From a virus (lineage: Duplodnaviria > Caudoviricetes), in the IMG/VR virus record IMGVR_UViG_3300027892_000131, positions 1-26,659 of that record: DNA of 26,659 nucleotides; one strand, written 5' to 3'. The notes under the pieces were generated by a model. That model had not been told where the DNA came from, did no database searches, and saw only the letters and a list, made by a program, of their open reading frames with translations. Shown piece after piece: positions 24,790 through 26,659 of the stretch (position 1 is the stretch's first letter; each line of letters starts with the position of its first letter). The translations under genes were made by a program, and so were the position numbers.

Positions 24790-25001
24790 AACAAGTTGTA
24801 GACAAGTATTATGAGAGAAGTCAAGTGGGAATAACCAAGTATGGAACCACTCTTGAAAACAATAACAAGGATAATTACTTGTTACATGCTCAAGAAGAAG
24901 CTATGGACCTCAGTCTTTATTTACAGAAGCTAATTGAAATTGTTAGGGACACTCCTAATGATCAAGAACTTGGTGAAAAAATAAGACGAATGGTTAGGTA
25001 A
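24771..25001 (+). CDS. small helical protein, possibly MazG-like nucleotide pyrophosphatase fold
   Basis: R...GITKYGTTL...HAQEEAMDLSLYL (EExxD); adjacent to the RNR gene. Function tentative. Confidence 0.5.
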   Translation: MRDKIVEQVVDKYYERSQVGITKYGTTLENNNKDNYLLHAQEEAMDLSLYLQKLIEIVRDTPNDQELGEKIRRMVR

Positions 25002-25026
25002 AATTTCCATTATGCGTAGGTTATAT

Positions 25027-25064
25027 TGAGGGATTGCATTAAATTTGCAGTCCCTCATTTTTTT
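25027..25064 (+). terminator. intrinsic terminator hairpin
   Basis: TGAGGGATTGCA/TGCAGTCCCTCA 12-bp stem followed by T7. Confidence 0.8.
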
Positions 25065-25082
25065 ATTAAAACAACAAAAACT

Positions 25083-26659
25083 ATGGATTTAGGATTAGAC
25101 GCATTGAGTAAAATCACAGTGTTCAGTAAATATGCAAAATATTTGCCAGAGCTAAAGAGAAGAGAAACTTGGGAAGAAATAGTTAGTAGATATCAGAATA
25201 TGATGATTGCTAAATATCCTAAGCTACAAGAAGCCATTTTAAAAAGTGGTGAGTTTATTAAAGACAAGAAGGTGCTACCTTCTATGAGAGCTTTACAGTT
25301 TGCAGGACCAGCAATGGAAGTTAACAATGCTAGAGGATACAATTGTGCCTATCATCCAATTGATAGTCTATATGGATTCTCAGAAACAATGTTTCTTCTG
25401 CTAGGTGGATCAGGTGTAGGTTATTCTGTACAGAAACATCATGTAGAACAACTTCCTGCTATCACTAAAACAGGCAAGAAAAGGCACTATTTGGTGGAAG
25501 ATTCTATTATGGGATGGGCAGATGCTGTAAAGGTGCTGTTTAAAGCCTATTTAGAGGGAAAATTCATGCCTGAATTTGATTTCAGAGCTATTCGTCACAA
25601 GGGTGCTAGACTAATTACAGCTGGTGGTAAAGCTCCTGGTCCTGAACCTCTTAAGATATGTTTGTCACATGTACAAGCTATTCTTGATAGGAAACAAGAA
25701 GGAGAGCATCTTACACCTCTAGAATGCCATGATATGTTATGTCACATTGCTAATTCAGTTCTTGCAGGTGGTATAAGAAGAAGTGCTATGATAGCCCTTT
25801 TTAGCCATGATGATGAGGAGATGATTACATGTAAGTATGGAACATGGTGGGAACTAAATGAACAGCGTGGTAGGGCTAATAATAGTGCTGTACTAGAGAG
25901 GGATAAAATTGGAGAACAAGAATTCTTTAGTTTGTGGAAGAGGATTGAAGCAAGTGGAAGTGGTGAACCAGGAATCTATTGGACTAACAATAAAGATTGG
26001 GGAACTAATCCATGTTGTGAAATAGGCTTGAGACCATACCAGTTTTGTAATCTATGTGAAGTGAATGTAAGTGATGTAACTAGTCAAGAAGATTTAAATG
26101 ATCGTGTTGGTATAGCTGCATTCTTTGGTACACTTCAAGCTGGATTTACAAACTTCCACTATCTAAGACCTATATGGGCTAAGACAACACAGAAAGATGC
26201 TCTTCTTGGAATAGGTATGACAGGAATAGGTAGTGGTGAGATTCTTAAATACAATCTAGATGTAGCAGCTCATGTAGCTAAGACAATGAACAGCATGATT
26301 AGTGCTCTTATAGGAACTAATGAAGCTGCTAGGATTACATGTATTAAGCCTAGTGGTACAACCAGTCTTGTTCTTGGTACAGCTAGTGGAATTCACGCTT
26401 GGCATGCTCCATACTATCTAAGAACTATGAGGTTTAATAAGAATGAAGACATTGCTAACTATTTGATTGTCAATCATCCAGAGCTTTGTGAAGATGATGT
26501 TCTTAGACCTACAGACACTGTTTGTGTACGTATTCCTGTTAAAGCTCCTGAAGGATCTATATTCAGAACAGAAACTGCTCTTGACACTCTTGAGCGTGTT
26601 AAGAAGTTCTCTTTAGAATGGATTAAACCAGGACATGTTAAAGGTGATAATACACATAA
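25083..26659 (+). CDS. nrdJ: class II (adenosylcobalamin-dependent, monomeric RTPR-type) ribonucleotide reductase, 3' partial; absent from the ORF track
   Basis: Manual translation: MDLGLDALSK...RRETWEE...VLPSMR.LQFAG...YNCAY...GSGVGYSV...AGGIRRSAMI...TNPCCEI...FCNLCE...CIKPSGT; open to the window end. Confidence 0.93.
   Translation, partial: MDLGLDALSKITVFSKYAKYLPELKRRETWEEIVSRYQNMMIAKYPKLQEAILKSGEFIKDKKVLPSMRALQFAGPAMEVNNARGYNCAYHPIDSLYGFSETMFLLLGGSGVGYSVQKHHVEQLPAITKTGKKRHYLVEDSIMGWADAVKVLFKAYLEGKFMPEFDFRAIRHKGARLITAGGKAPGPEPLKICLSHVQAILDRKQEGEHLTPLECHDMLCHIANSVLAGGIRRSAMIALFSHDDEEMITCKYGTWWELNEQRGRANNSAVLERDKIGEQEFFSLWKRIEASGSGEPGIYWTNNKDWGTNPCCEIGLRPYQFCNLCEVNVSDVTSQEDLNDRVGIAAFFGTLQAGFTNFHYLRPIWAKTTQKDALLGIGMTGIGSGEILKYNLDVAAHVAKTMNSMISALIGTNEAARITCIKPSGTTSLVLGTASGIHAWHAPYYLRTMRFNKNEDIANYLIVNHPELCEDDVLRPTDTVCVRIPVKAPEGSIFRTETALDTLERVKKFSLEWIKPGHVKGDNTH

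Noticed and set aside
1-26659. Stop-codon reassignment as in some crAss-like phages
   Set aside because: Genes are full length and tightly packed under the standard code; TAG, TGA and TAA all end genes at overlaps or gaps, and no suppressor tRNA is seen.

Overview
AT-rich (roughly one-third GC), entirely plus-strand, densely packed segment of a tailed dsDNA bacteriophage, most likely infecting Bacteroidetes. The host inference rests on TAnnTTTG-type promoters, A-rich start regions without Shine-Dalgarno sequences, and gene content resembling crAss-like or Flavobacterium phages. The left end holds small hypothetical genes, an XRE-HTH regulator, a degenerate tRNA-like element and a candidate structured RNA. 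The replication and nucleotide-metabolism block follows: a GT-A glycosyltransferase, a family-B DNA polymerase split at motif B (NSVYG|K) by a group I intron (5033-6114) carrying a GIY-YIG homing endonuclease with its own promoter, a second GIY-YIG nuclease, DnaB-like and SF2 helicases, a Sak4-like ATPase, a putative SSB, a primase, a DUF932 protein, a uracil-DNA glycosylase homologue with an altered active site, rIIA/rIIB, an HNH nuclease, a PD-(D/E)XK exonuclease and a class II ribonucleotide reductase that runs off the right end. All calls come from motif recognition by eye; no database search or folding program was run.
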